Below, piece by piece: positions 1 through 7,596 of a DNA stretch of 32,000 nt (position 1 is its first letter; each line of letters begins with the position of its first letter). A model generated the notes under the pieces. The model was given only the letters and a program-made list of their open reading frames with translations. It was not told the origin of the DNA and ran no database searches. Source of the stretch: a virus. Where the stretch lies: the IMG/VR virus record IMGVR_UViG_3300045988_188311, positions 8,293 through 40,292 of that record; one strand, given 5' to 3'. Both the position numbers and the translations under genes were made by a program.

Positions 1-36
1 AGGCCAAAAGAATTAAAAGCATATGATGAAGTTGAC

Positions 37-357
37 ATGGTAAATCATCCAGCACATTACAACAGAGATGGAGCAATGGAGTGTATTGATGAAATGATAA
101 CTGTATTCGGTAAAGATATAGTTGCTTGTTTCTGCTTGTGCAATGTATGGAAATATAGATACAGAGCTTCAGATAAGGGACATGAAGAGGACTTATCTAA
201 ATCTGACTATTATATGGCTAAGTATAAGGAATTAATTACGGAACGCAGTGTATTAGGCTTTGAAAGTGTTATGGAGCGTGAAGAATTAGAAGATATTGTA
301 AATAAAAAATTATATAAATTGTATTTAGAAAGAGAGATAAAGAAACATGACAAGTAA
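37..357 (+). CDS. DUF3310-like small phage protein
   Basis: The N-terminus MVNHPAHYN, then ECID, NVWKYRYR and DLSKSDYY, match the pattern I recall for this family. The frame stays open back to base 1, so the start could lie upstream of the window. Confidence 0.7.
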   Translation: MVNHPAHYNRDGAMECIDEMITVFGKDIVACFCLCNVWKYRYRASDKGHEEDLSKSDYYMAKYKELITERSVLGFESVMEREELEDIVNKKLYKLYLEREIKKHDK

Positions 358-928
358 AGATTACAAAGAAAGATTAAAAGAAATGAGTATTAAAGATAAA
401 AAGAAAATGTACTGTATAAATAAGCATGATATTGAATTAATAAAAATAATGAAAGAAATGCAAAAAAAGTTAGATGAACAAATTTTAAAATCTCATAATA
501 TTTTAGAAATTAATGAAGATTTCTTAAATATAGCAATACTTGATGAAATTGGCGAATTAACACATGAATTAAAATATGAATGGTGTTGGTGGAAAAAAGG
601 ACAAGCACCGGTTGATAAACAAAAGGTATTAGGTGAATTAGTCGATATTTGGCATTTTGTATTAAGCTATAGCAATCATTTTGTTAAAAATGATTATATT
701 TTAGAAAAACATATGTCTAGAATTAACGACCAAATACGATTTTGTTGTGGTGAAGTAACACGAACAGGATTCGCTAATAAATTAGTTAGCTTGATAAAAT
801 GCGAAAGAACTAGAATTATAAAGATTATCTTCATTAGTTTGTTTTTAGGATTCAGTGTTGAAGATGTGTATAAAGCTTATTGTGATAAGAACAAAGTGAA
901 TTACCAAAGATTGAAAGAAGGATATTAA
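347..928 (+). CDS. Dimeric dUTPase / MazG-like nucleotide pyrophosphohydrolase (putative)
   Basis: All-helical protein with the acidic motifs DEIGELTHELKYEWCWWKK and LGELVDIWHFVL, typical of phage dimeric dUTPase-type enzymes. It sits in the early gene block. Confidence 0.55.
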   Translation: MTSKDYKERLKEMSIKDKKKMYCINKHDIELIKIMKEMQKKLDEQILKSHNILEINEDFLNIAILDEIGELTHELKYEWCWWKKGQAPVDKQKVLGELVDIWHFVLSYSNHFVKNDYILEKHMSRINDQIRFCCGEVTRTGFANKLVSLIKCERTRIIKIIFISLFLGFSVEDVYKAYCDKNKVNYQRLKEGY

Positions 929-929
929 G

Positions 930-1298
930 ATGTACAATCCAACCTATTTAAAAGCCGTTCTTATTTATGTAAAGGACAAAAAAACAGGATATATTCACAT
1001 TGTTGGAACTGACCAACATGACAGATTGTATCTTGATGATGATGGAAACATCCAATATATGAATTTGCAGAATGGTGGAACAACTGAAGGAGATTATGAA
1101 TTTGTACTTGATGAACAAGGACACAATCAAAGCAACCTTACATTCACTAAAGAAGAACAAGCAACATACGGATTAAGCAATATGGATGATTATTTTAATT
1201 CGATTGATTTAGAACTGTATATTGATTTAGAAACAAAAAAGAGAATCAAAGAACTAACAGAAATCAATATGCGATTAATTACAGAAAAGGAGAAATAG
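930..1298 (+). CDS. Hypothetical phage protein
   Basis: ATG preceded by GAAGGA. Tightly packed with its neighbours. No motif recognised. Confidence 0.6.
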   Translation: MYNPTYLKAVLIYVKDKKTGYIHIVGTDQHDRLYLDDDGNIQYMNLQNGGTTEGDYEFVLDEQGHNQSNLTFTKEEQATYGLSNMDDYFNSIDLELYIDLETKKRIKELTEINMRLITEKEK

Positions 1299-1299
1299 A

Positions 1300-1560
1300 A
1301 TGATTAGATTACAAAACAATTATGCAATCACTTCTAGCAGTGGTTCATTCGCCCTTGTAACGTTTGTAAAAGGTAAGGATAAAGAAGGAAATGAGATAGA
1401 CGTACAAAAGCCTATCTCATACCATACAACGCTAGAATCGGCTTTACAGAGCTATTCTAACAATCGTATGGCAGATTTAGTTTCTAATGTAGATTTAGAC
1501 TTGAAGCAAGTTAAAGAAGCTATAAATGAGCTTAAAGAGGAATTAAAGGCATATGAATAA
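1300..1560 (+). CDS. Hypothetical phage protein
   Basis: AAAGGAG SD 6 nt upstream of the ATG. No motif recognised. Confidence 0.6.
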   Translation: MIRLQNNYAITSSSGSFALVTFVKGKDKEGNEIDVQKPISYHTTLESALQSYSNNRMADLVSNVDLDLKQVKEAINELKEELKAYE

Positions 1561-1801
1561 AAAATACGAATACAACGGAAATATTTATTGTGAAGATGAT
1601 TTATCAGAAGAAATATACAACTATGGTGGAGATTTAGATGATTTATTTTCTGATTTATTGAGAAACAAAGATATTGAAGAAACTACTTATTATTCCGCTA
1701 AAGGCGCTTGTAGTTCTGATGAATATTATGAAGATTACAAAGAATTAATTAAAGAAGAATATGAAAAGTTAGGAATTGAGGTGTTACAAGGATATGAATA
1801 A
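1553..1801 (+). CDS. Hypothetical acidic phage protein
   Basis: Overlapping ATG start consistent with translational coupling. Rich in D/E/Y. Confidence 0.55.
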   Translation: MNKKYEYNGNIYCEDDLSEEIYNYGGDLDDLFSDLLRNKDIEETTYYSAKGACSSDEYYEDYKELIKEEYEKLGIEVLQGYE

Positions 1802-1889
1802 ATATAAAGAAGCGTTAGATGAGAATGCAAAAATTAAAGATATTTTAAGAAATTGTGAAGTAAGTGAAAGATAGAAAAGAGGTAAAAAA

Positions 1890-2372
1890 ATGATAAACGT
1901 AGCAGTAATAGCAGGACACTTAACTAAAGATGTCGAATTGTTAAAAACACAAAACGGAAATAGCGTAGCAAAGTTTACGGTAGCAGTAAACGGATACAAT
2001 GATACTACAGACTTTATTAATTGCGTGGCATGGAACAAGCTCGCAGATATTGTAAATATGTATTGTAAGAAAGGTGATTTAGTTACAGTCGAAGGAAGAA
2101 TTAGTGTTAGAAATTATGAGAATCAACAAGGACAGAAAGTATATATCACTGAGGTTGTAGCTAGCAATGTACAATTACCGCCTAAAAGCGCTTCTAATGG
2201 GCAAAATTACAATTCTAATGTAAATACATATCAACAACCATATCAAGCAAATAACAACGCTTACGGCACGCAAAACACGTATGTGCAACCAAGTTTAACA
2301 CAACAAATTGCACAACAAGAATATAATGGTGGAAGTGGTCTACAGATTGCTTCAGATGATTTACCGTTCTAG
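1890..2372 (+). CDS. ssb: Single-stranded DNA-binding protein
   Basis: N-terminal OB fold (MINVAVIAGHLTKDVEL..TQNGNSVAKFTVAVN), a Q/N/Y-rich linker, and the canonical acidic tip SDDLPF. Confidence 0.9.
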   Translation: MINVAVIAGHLTKDVELLKTQNGNSVAKFTVAVNGYNDTTDFINCVAWNKLADIVNMYCKKGDLVTVEGRISVRNYENQQGQKVYITEVVASNVQLPPKSASNGQNYNSNVNTYQQPYQANNNAYGTQNTYVQPSLTQQIAQQEYNGGSGLQIASDDLPF

Positions 2373-2384
2373 GAGGTGGTTTTA

Positions 2385-2579
2385 ATAGAAATGAATTATG
2401 AAGAAAGGATTAAAGAGTTAATTTCTAAGAATAATAAACTAGGGAAGGTAAATATTAAGCTTAATCAAACGTTAAAAGAAAGAAATGAAACAATTCATAA
2501 TCAAACAAGTGAGATTAAGAAACTGAAAAATAAAGTTGGCGAATTAGAATATAGATTGTATAAGGTATACAGTTCATGA
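2385..2579 (+). CDS. Small coiled-coil protein; start uncertain (ATA 2385 or ATG 2391)
   Basis: The SD AGGAGGTG (2371-2378) is 6 nt from ATA 2385 and 12 nt from ATG 2391. The track's GTG 2376 lies inside the SD. Confidence 0.5.
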   Translation: MEMNYEERIKELISKNNKLGKVNIKLNQTLKERNETIHNQTSEIKKLKNKVGELEYRLYKVYSS

Positions 2580-2902
2580 GTACATATGAAGATATTAAGA
2601 GACACTTCTTGTGTGAATGCCAATCATACACTTATTATGAACAAAAGATAGCAGAGTTACAAAGGGATGAAGCAATTTATCCTTTAAAAGCCGAGCTATT
2701 CTTGGCTCATGCAGATTACGCAAGAAGAATGAACTACGTAAAAGACAAATTAAGCCAACTTGATGATACAACTAGAACCATGATTGAGTATAGATATATA
2801 AAGGGATTCAGTGCAGAAAAAACATCTAATATTGTAGGTTATGCACGAGAAGAAATTCCACGAAAAATAAATAAGAACTTAAAGAAAGTGCTCACAATGT
2901 GA
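2576..2902 (+). CDS. Late-gene transcriptional regulator, sigma-70 region-4-like (ArpU/RinA-class position)
   Basis: The C-terminal segment TRTMIEYRYIKGFSAEKTSNIVGYAREEIPRKINKNLKKV resembles a sigma region-4 HTH. It is the last gene before the packaging/late block. Confidence 0.55.
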   Translation: MSTYEDIKRHFLCECQSYTYYEQKIAELQRDEAIYPLKAELFLAHADYARRMNYVKDKLSQLDDTTRTMIEYRYIKGFSAEKTSNIVGYAREEIPRKINKNLKKVLTM

Positions 2903-2911
2903 GCATTTTTT
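2890..2911 (+). terminator. Hairpin plus T-run overlapping the regulator's stop codon
   Basis: GCTCACA-A-TGTGAGC (7 bp arms) followed by ATTTTTT. The same 15-mer recurs inverted at 14641. Confidence 0.5.
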
Positions 2912-2913
2912 CA

Positions 2914-2922
2914 TGTAATAAT
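2914..2922 (+). promoter_or_regulatory. Candidate extended -10 promoter for the tRNA
   Basis: TGtAATAAT (TGn plus a 5/6 match to TATAAT) ends 7 nt before tRNA position 1. No good -35. Confidence 0.35.
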
Positions 2923-2928
2923 AACCTT

Positions 2929-3004
2929 AGCAGGATAGAGCAGTAGTAGCTCACTAGTCTTATTAGCTAGAGGTCGAATGGTGCAAATCCTTCTCCTGCA
3001 ACCA
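2929..3004 (+). tRNA. Initiator-tRNA-like tRNA with anticodon UAU (decodes AUA), CCA encoded
   Basis: Hand fold: AGCAGGA UA GAGC AGUAGUA GCUC A CUAGU CUUAUUA GCUAG AGGUC GAA(U)GG UGCAAAU CCUUC UCCUGCA A CCA. The anticodon T2961-A2962-T2963 follows U33. Imperfections: a bulged U in the T stem, G55, U37, and an A1/A72 mismatch. Confidence 0.65.
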
Positions 3005-3086
3005 TGATTACAAAGCCTATGAGCAAGTCCTTTCCGAATTAGATATTAAATACCAACAATTGCATACAATTAGGCTTTTGTATATT

Positions 3087-3111
3087 ACCGAGCGTTTGTC
3101 TCGGTTCTTTT
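3087..3111 (+). terminator. Rho-independent terminator closing the tRNA unit
   Basis: ACCGAG-cgtttgt-CTCGGT followed by TCTTTT. Confidence 0.6.
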
Positions 3112-3129
3112 AATAATAAGGAGGAGAAT

Positions 3130-3711
3130 ATGAATATTGTTGAAAAAAGATTAAATGAGCTAAAGCCTTATGATAATAACCCTAGAATCAATGATGGAGC
3201 AGTGAAATTTGTTAAAAATTCTATTGAGGAATTCGGTTTCAAAGTCCCTATTGTTATTGATAAAAATGGAGTGATTGTTGCAGGTCATACACGATATAAA
3301 GCTAGTCAAGAATTAGGCTTAGAAACTGTTCCTTGCGTGGTTGCAGATGATTTAACAGATGAGCAAGTAAAAGCGTTTAGAATTGCAGATAATAAAACGG
3401 CAGAAAAAGCGTCTTGGGATTTAGACGCATTAAAAACAGAAATGGAAGAGCTAGAAGAAATTGACGGAATCGATATGAGAGAATTCGGATTCGGCGATTT
3501 TGAAATTAGTGCATTAACTGAGGATATGGAAGCAGAAGGATATGACAACGAGCTTATGGATGCATTTAGCGAACATTCAGAAGAAATGCTAAAAAAGCAA
3601 CGTGTAATCATTACATATGAAACAGAGGAAGAACAACTATTCTTAGAGAAACTATTGCAGGTAACTGAATTGAAAGTGTGCTACGACATCGAGGAATTAA
3701 TGCATGAATAA
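3130..3711 (+). CDS. ParB-like nuclease domain protein with acidic C-terminal half
   Basis: LKPYDNNPR, VPIVID.NGVIVAGHTRYKA and FRIADNK match ParB/Srx-fold N-terminal domain motifs. Consensus SD AAGGAGGAG. Confidence 0.8.
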   Translation: MNIVEKRLNELKPYDNNPRINDGAVKFVKNSIEEFGFKVPIVIDKNGVIVAGHTRYKASQELGLETVPCVVADDLTDEQVKAFRIADNKTAEKASWDLDALKTEMEELEEIDGIDMREFGFGDFEISALTEDMEAEGYDNELMDAFSEHSEEMLKKQRVIITYETEEEQLFLEKLLQVTELKVCYDIEELMHE

Positions 3712-4465
3712 CATCTATTATGCAATAGCTAGTTACCATAGGCCAAAATGTAAAACGTATTACGCACTAAAAGAATGTGGAATTGAAGATGAAAGAATTG
3801 TTATTAGCTTAAATGATTCAAATGATTTCAAAACTTATATTGAAGCATTAGGAAGTCAAGCTCAAATCATTACTAGGTGTGGAAATAACGTAGCTTCGAA
3901 TAGAAATAATATTCTAAATTATTTTGAAAATGGCGCAAAAATCATCTTGCTAGATGATGATATAAGAGATTTTAGGAAATGGGAAGAAAAGCAAGGAAAT
4001 AAATGTGGAACGCAGAAAAAAATCACTGAGTTGGATAAGACATTTAATGAGGTATTCTCATTTATGCAAAAGAACAATATTCACTTCATGGGATGTCTAC
4101 CCACAACCAATAATATGAATATAGCTAGCTATATTAAGAAAGGTGAAACATATTCATTCAATACACTCGTACAAGGTGGCTTGTGTTTTGTTATTAAAAG
4201 TGAAGAAATCAAATTTGATGAGAAATGGGATATGTTAGAGGATTATGAATTGAATCTAAGGATGATTAGGCAAGGATATATCATAGCTAGAGTAAATAAC
4301 ATTGTGCCAAATAAATCTTTAATGGGAAAGGAAAAAGGCGGAATGTATGACAGATACCAAAGAGGAGAACAAGAACTATGGCTTAGACGCCTAGTAAAGA
4401 AATATCCGGATATGGTAACAAAAAAAGATAGAACAGTATTGTTGAAAAGGAAATGGAGGATATAA
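3704..4465 (+). CDS. GT-A fold (family-2-like) glycosyltransferase, putative
   Basis: ASNRNNILNYF..GAKIILLDDDI supplies a DxD motif, and EDYELNLR follows later. This spacing is typical of GT2-type enzymes. The assignment is by motif only. Confidence 0.5.
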   Translation: MNNIYYAIASYHRPKCKTYYALKECGIEDERIVISLNDSNDFKTYIEALGSQAQIITRCGNNVASNRNNILNYFENGAKIILLDDDIRDFRKWEEKQGNKCGTQKKITELDKTFNEVFSFMQKNNIHFMGCLPTTNNMNIASYIKKGETYSFNTLVQGGLCFVIKSEEIKFDEKWDMLEDYELNLRMIRQGYIIARVNNIVPNKSLMGKEKGGMYDRYQRGEQELWLRRLVKKYPDMVTKKDRTVLLKRKWRI

Positions 4466-4466
4466 G

Positions 4467-5774
4467 GTGAATAAAATCAGTGAGACATATCAATCACCAA
4501 GATGGACAGGAGAAATCGCAGATTGCTCATTACCGGTAACATTTGATACATATTCCAACTGTTCATTTGGGTGTGTTTATTGTTTTAGCCAATATCAAAG
4601 AGGTATTGGTGCAAGTAAAGAAGCATATCTTAATAAAGATGTGAAATGTATCAATGTTGAGAAGTGTAAAAAGATTTTCAGTGGAGAAGATACAAAATCA
4701 CAATTCTATAAATACATTAAAGACAGACGTCCTATTCAATATGGTGGTTTATCAGACCAATTCGACGGATATGAAAAGAAATATGGTAAAACCTATGAAA
4801 TGCTCAAGTATTTGAAATCTATTAACTATCCTATCTGCTTTAGTACGAAATCGGCATGGGTATTTAATGACCCTAAATATCAAGAATTGTTCAAAGGCGC
4901 AGACAATTGGAATGTTAAGTTTAGTATCATCACACTAGATGAAGAGGACGCAAGAAAAATCGAAGTAGGTGTGCCAAGCCCAAGAAAAAGACTTGAAGCA
5001 ATGAAAAAGTATACTGAACTATCAAAAGGTGGTGCAACTTTAAGATTGCGTCCATTTATTGTAGGAGTATCAGATAAAACCTATCTAGATTTAATTAGAG
5101 AAGCCAAAAAGGCAGGAGCAACGGCAGTTACTACGGAGTTCTTTTGCTTAGAAATGCGTTCTATTAAACAAGCTAAGGAGCATTATGGTGTGATTAGTGA
5201 ATGTGCAGGATTTGATATTGTAGATTTTTATAGAAAACATTCAAATGGAAGTGGATATTTAAGACTGAATAGAAAAGTAAAGGCTAAATACATTCAAAAG
5301 ATGAAAGAGCTATGTGATGAATTAGGCATGAGATTCTATGTATCAGACGCACACTTTAAAGAATGCTCAAATAACTGTTGTTGTTGCGCATTAGACAAGA
5401 ATTGGGATTACTCAAGAGGGAATTTCAGTGGAGCTTTACAAATTGCGAAGAAACATGGAAGAGTACATTGGAAAGATATTGAAAAGGATATGTACTTCTT
5501 AGATTTTCAATTTAATAAAGCTATTGGGTTCAACACTAACTCATCAGAGAATAGAGCAAAATTCAAAGGAATGACAATGAAAGATTATCTCCATTATTTA
5601 TGGAATTCACCAAAAGCAGGACAATCACCTTATAAGATTTTTGAAAAGGTTCTAAAGCCTGTAGGATTTGATGAAAATAATGACATCATTTACGAATATG
5701 ATAATTCAGTAACATTCTTAAAAAGAACAGAGGAGATTACAGAACTTGAAACAGAAGAATCAAGACATGTCTAG
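4467..5774 (+). CDS. Radical SAM enzyme (SPL/'DNA photolyase'-like class), with an extra Cys cluster
   Basis: CSFGCVYC is a CX3CX2C radical-SAM motif near the N-terminus. A second cluster, KECSNNCCCCALD, follows. GTG start behind GGAGGA. Confidence 0.8.
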   Translation: MNKISETYQSPRWTGEIADCSLPVTFDTYSNCSFGCVYCFSQYQRGIGASKEAYLNKDVKCINVEKCKKIFSGEDTKSQFYKYIKDRRPIQYGGLSDQFDGYEKKYGKTYEMLKYLKSINYPICFSTKSAWVFNDPKYQELFKGADNWNVKFSIITLDEEDARKIEVGVPSPRKRLEAMKKYTELSKGGATLRLRPFIVGVSDKTYLDLIREAKKAGATAVTTEFFCLEMRSIKQAKEHYGVISECAGFDIVDFYRKHSNGSGYLRLNRKVKAKYIQKMKELCDELGMRFYVSDAHFKECSNNCCCCALDKNWDYSRGNFSGALQIAKKHGRVHWKDIEKDMYFLDFQFNKAIGFNTNSSENRAKFKGMTMKDYLHYLWNSPKAGQSPYKIFEKVLKPVGFDENNDIIYEYDNSVTFLKRTEEITELETEESRHV

Positions 5775-5916
5775 AGAAGAACATTTACGCCAAATGAAAA
5801 GCGTTGAAGAAGAATTAGAAAACACGACATCAGAATATAGAAAAAGAGATTTAAGAAAAAGATTACAAAGGCTTAAAAAGCAATTGAATCAATATGATTG
5901 TTATAGGGGGTATTAA
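5767..5916 (+). CDS. Small basic coiled-coil ORF (49 aa), not in the track
   Basis: The ATG overlaps the radical-SAM stop (ATGTCTAG). Product: MSREEHLRQMKSVEEELENTTSEYRKRDLRKRLQRLKKQLNQYDCYRGY. The SD is weak. Confidence 0.35.
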   Translation: MSREEHLRQMKSVEEELENTTSEYRKRDLRKRLQRLKKQLNQYDCYRGY

Positions 5917-5917
5917 A

Positions 5918-6259
5918 ATAGCAGAGAAACACGCAGGAGGACGTCCAAGAGTAAAGATTGATTATGAAGCAGTTGAAAAGCTTGCTTCTATTGGATGTAC
6001 TCAAGAAGAAATTGCAGATTTTCTAGGATGTTCGGTAAGAACATTATTAAGAAATGAAAAGTTTTGTCAGACATATAAAAAAGGTATAAGCCACTCAAAA
6101 AGAAGCTTAAGACGTATGCAATTTGATAAGGCTTCAAAAGGAAATACGACAATGCTTATTTGGTTAGGTAAACAAATGCTTGGGCAGTCCGAAAAGGTTG
6201 AACAGACAATGACACATGAGATTGAGGACTTAACACCTTTGGCAGATTTATTGAAATGA
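5918..6259 (+). CDS. Terminase small subunit (ATA start proposed; alternative ATG 5894 has no SD)
   Basis: GGRPRVKIDYEAVEKLASIGCTQEEIADFLGCSVRTLLR is a typical TerS HTH. The SD AGGGGG (5905-5910) lies 7 nt before ATA 5918. Confidence 0.7.
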   Translation: MAEKHAGGRPRVKIDYEAVEKLASIGCTQEEIADFLGCSVRTLLRNEKFCQTYKKGISHSKRSLRRMQFDKASKGNTTMLIWLGKQMLGQSEKVEQTMTHEIEDLTPLADLLK

Positions 6260-7593
6260 TGACTAGAACGATTCCTTGGGGGAAATTTTCAGATAAACAT
6301 AAGAAATATATTAAGACCGCCCTAAATTACAAACAAAGTGTAGCAGAAGGAGCGGTACGAAGTGGTAAAACGATTGACCACTGCATAATCTTTTCAATGT
6401 ATTTAGAAACATGTGAAGATAAAATACATTTAGCGAGTGGGTCAAGCTTACCGAATGCGAAATTAAATATAGGCGATTGCAATGGTTTCGGCTTAGAGCA
6501 TATCTTTCGTGGTCGGTGTCGTTGGGGTAAATACAAATCAAACGAAGCGCTATTTATTCAAACAAAGACAGGCGAAAAGATTGTTATATTTACAGGCGGT
6601 GGGAAGTCCGATTCATATAAGAGCATATTAGGTAACTCATATGGTGGATGGATAGCCACTGAAATAAATGAACATTATGATTGTGAGGATTCTAGAACAA
6701 GCTTTATCAAGGTAGCGATGGCAAGACAGATTGCAAGCGTACACCCATTTACATTATGGGATTTAAACCCATCAAACCCAAATGCAGACATCTATAAGAA
6801 TTACATAGATAAATTTATGGGATTAGATTGGTACAGATATGAGCACTTCAATATTTTTGACAACGCTACAATGAGCCAAGAAAGAATCGAAGAAATCAAA
6901 AACAAATATGACATGAATTCAGTATGGTACAAGCGAGATATTCTAGGGGAAAGAATGGTTGCCGAAGGACTTGTGTTCCCTTATTTTGCTAATGATTGTA
7001 AGCCTTACCTATTCAAATATCAAAGTCTAAAAGAAAAGATGAAGGAAGAAGGGAAAAGGTTCAGTCATTTAATCATAGGTGTTGACTTTGGAGACAACGG
7101 CTCGAAATATTCGTGGCACTTAACAGGATTCACGAACGATTGGGATTATATGTGGGCACTTGATGAAGGAGATATGGCAAAGTCAAATGCAATAGACGCA
7201 ACAAAGTTCTGCAAAGCATTTGTAAGGTTCTATAAGCGTTGTATTGAATGTTATGGATATGTCGAATGGATATTTTGCGATAGTGCTTCTAATACACTTA
7301 TAAACACGCTTAGAGCTTATTTTTACGCCGAAGGATTAGACGGAAGTATAATTGCACCGGTTAAGAAGAATGAGCTAACTGACCGTCCTATAACGGTTGA
7401 TAGCTTACTTGTTACAGGAAGGTTAAAGATAGAAGAACATTGTAAGAATTTAATAAATGCATTGAGCGAATTAGTATGGGATGAAAAGAAAGACATCCCA
7501 AAAGATGAGAACGTAAACAATATTAATGATGATTGGGATTCGTTCTGCTATACATTTATCACACATAGCAAGTATATAGATTTAAGGAGGTAA
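6256..7593 (+). CDS. Terminase large subunit
   Basis: Walker A motif GAVRSGKT and a C-terminal nuclease-type region. ATGA overlap with TerS. Size and position are typical. Confidence 0.9.
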   Translation: MMTRTIPWGKFSDKHKKYIKTALNYKQSVAEGAVRSGKTIDHCIIFSMYLETCEDKIHLASGSSLPNAKLNIGDCNGFGLEHIFRGRCRWGKYKSNEALFIQTKTGEKIVIFTGGGKSDSYKSILGNSYGGWIATEINEHYDCEDSRTSFIKVAMARQIASVHPFTLWDLNPSNPNADIYKNYIDKFMGLDWYRYEHFNIFDNATMSQERIEEIKNKYDMNSVWYKRDILGERMVAEGLVFPYFANDCKPYLFKYQSLKEKMKEEGKRFSHLIIGVDFGDNGSKYSWHLTGFTNDWDYMWALDEGDMAKSNAIDATKFCKAFVRFYKRCIECYGYVEWIFCDSASNTLINTLRAYFYAEGLDGSIIAPVKKNELTDRPITVDSLLVTGRLKIEEHCKNLINALSELVWDEKKDIPKDENVNNINDDWDSFCYTFITHSKYIDLRR

Positions 7594-7596
7594 GAA

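Noticed and set aside
2954-2970. Reading the tRNA anticodon as UUA (ochre suppressor) using a 9-nt loop.
   Set aside because: The 5-bp anticodon stem CUAGU/GCUAG (with a U-G pair) gives a standard 7-nt loop CUUAUUA with U33. That places UAU at positions 34-36. The suppressor reading needs a non-standard loop.
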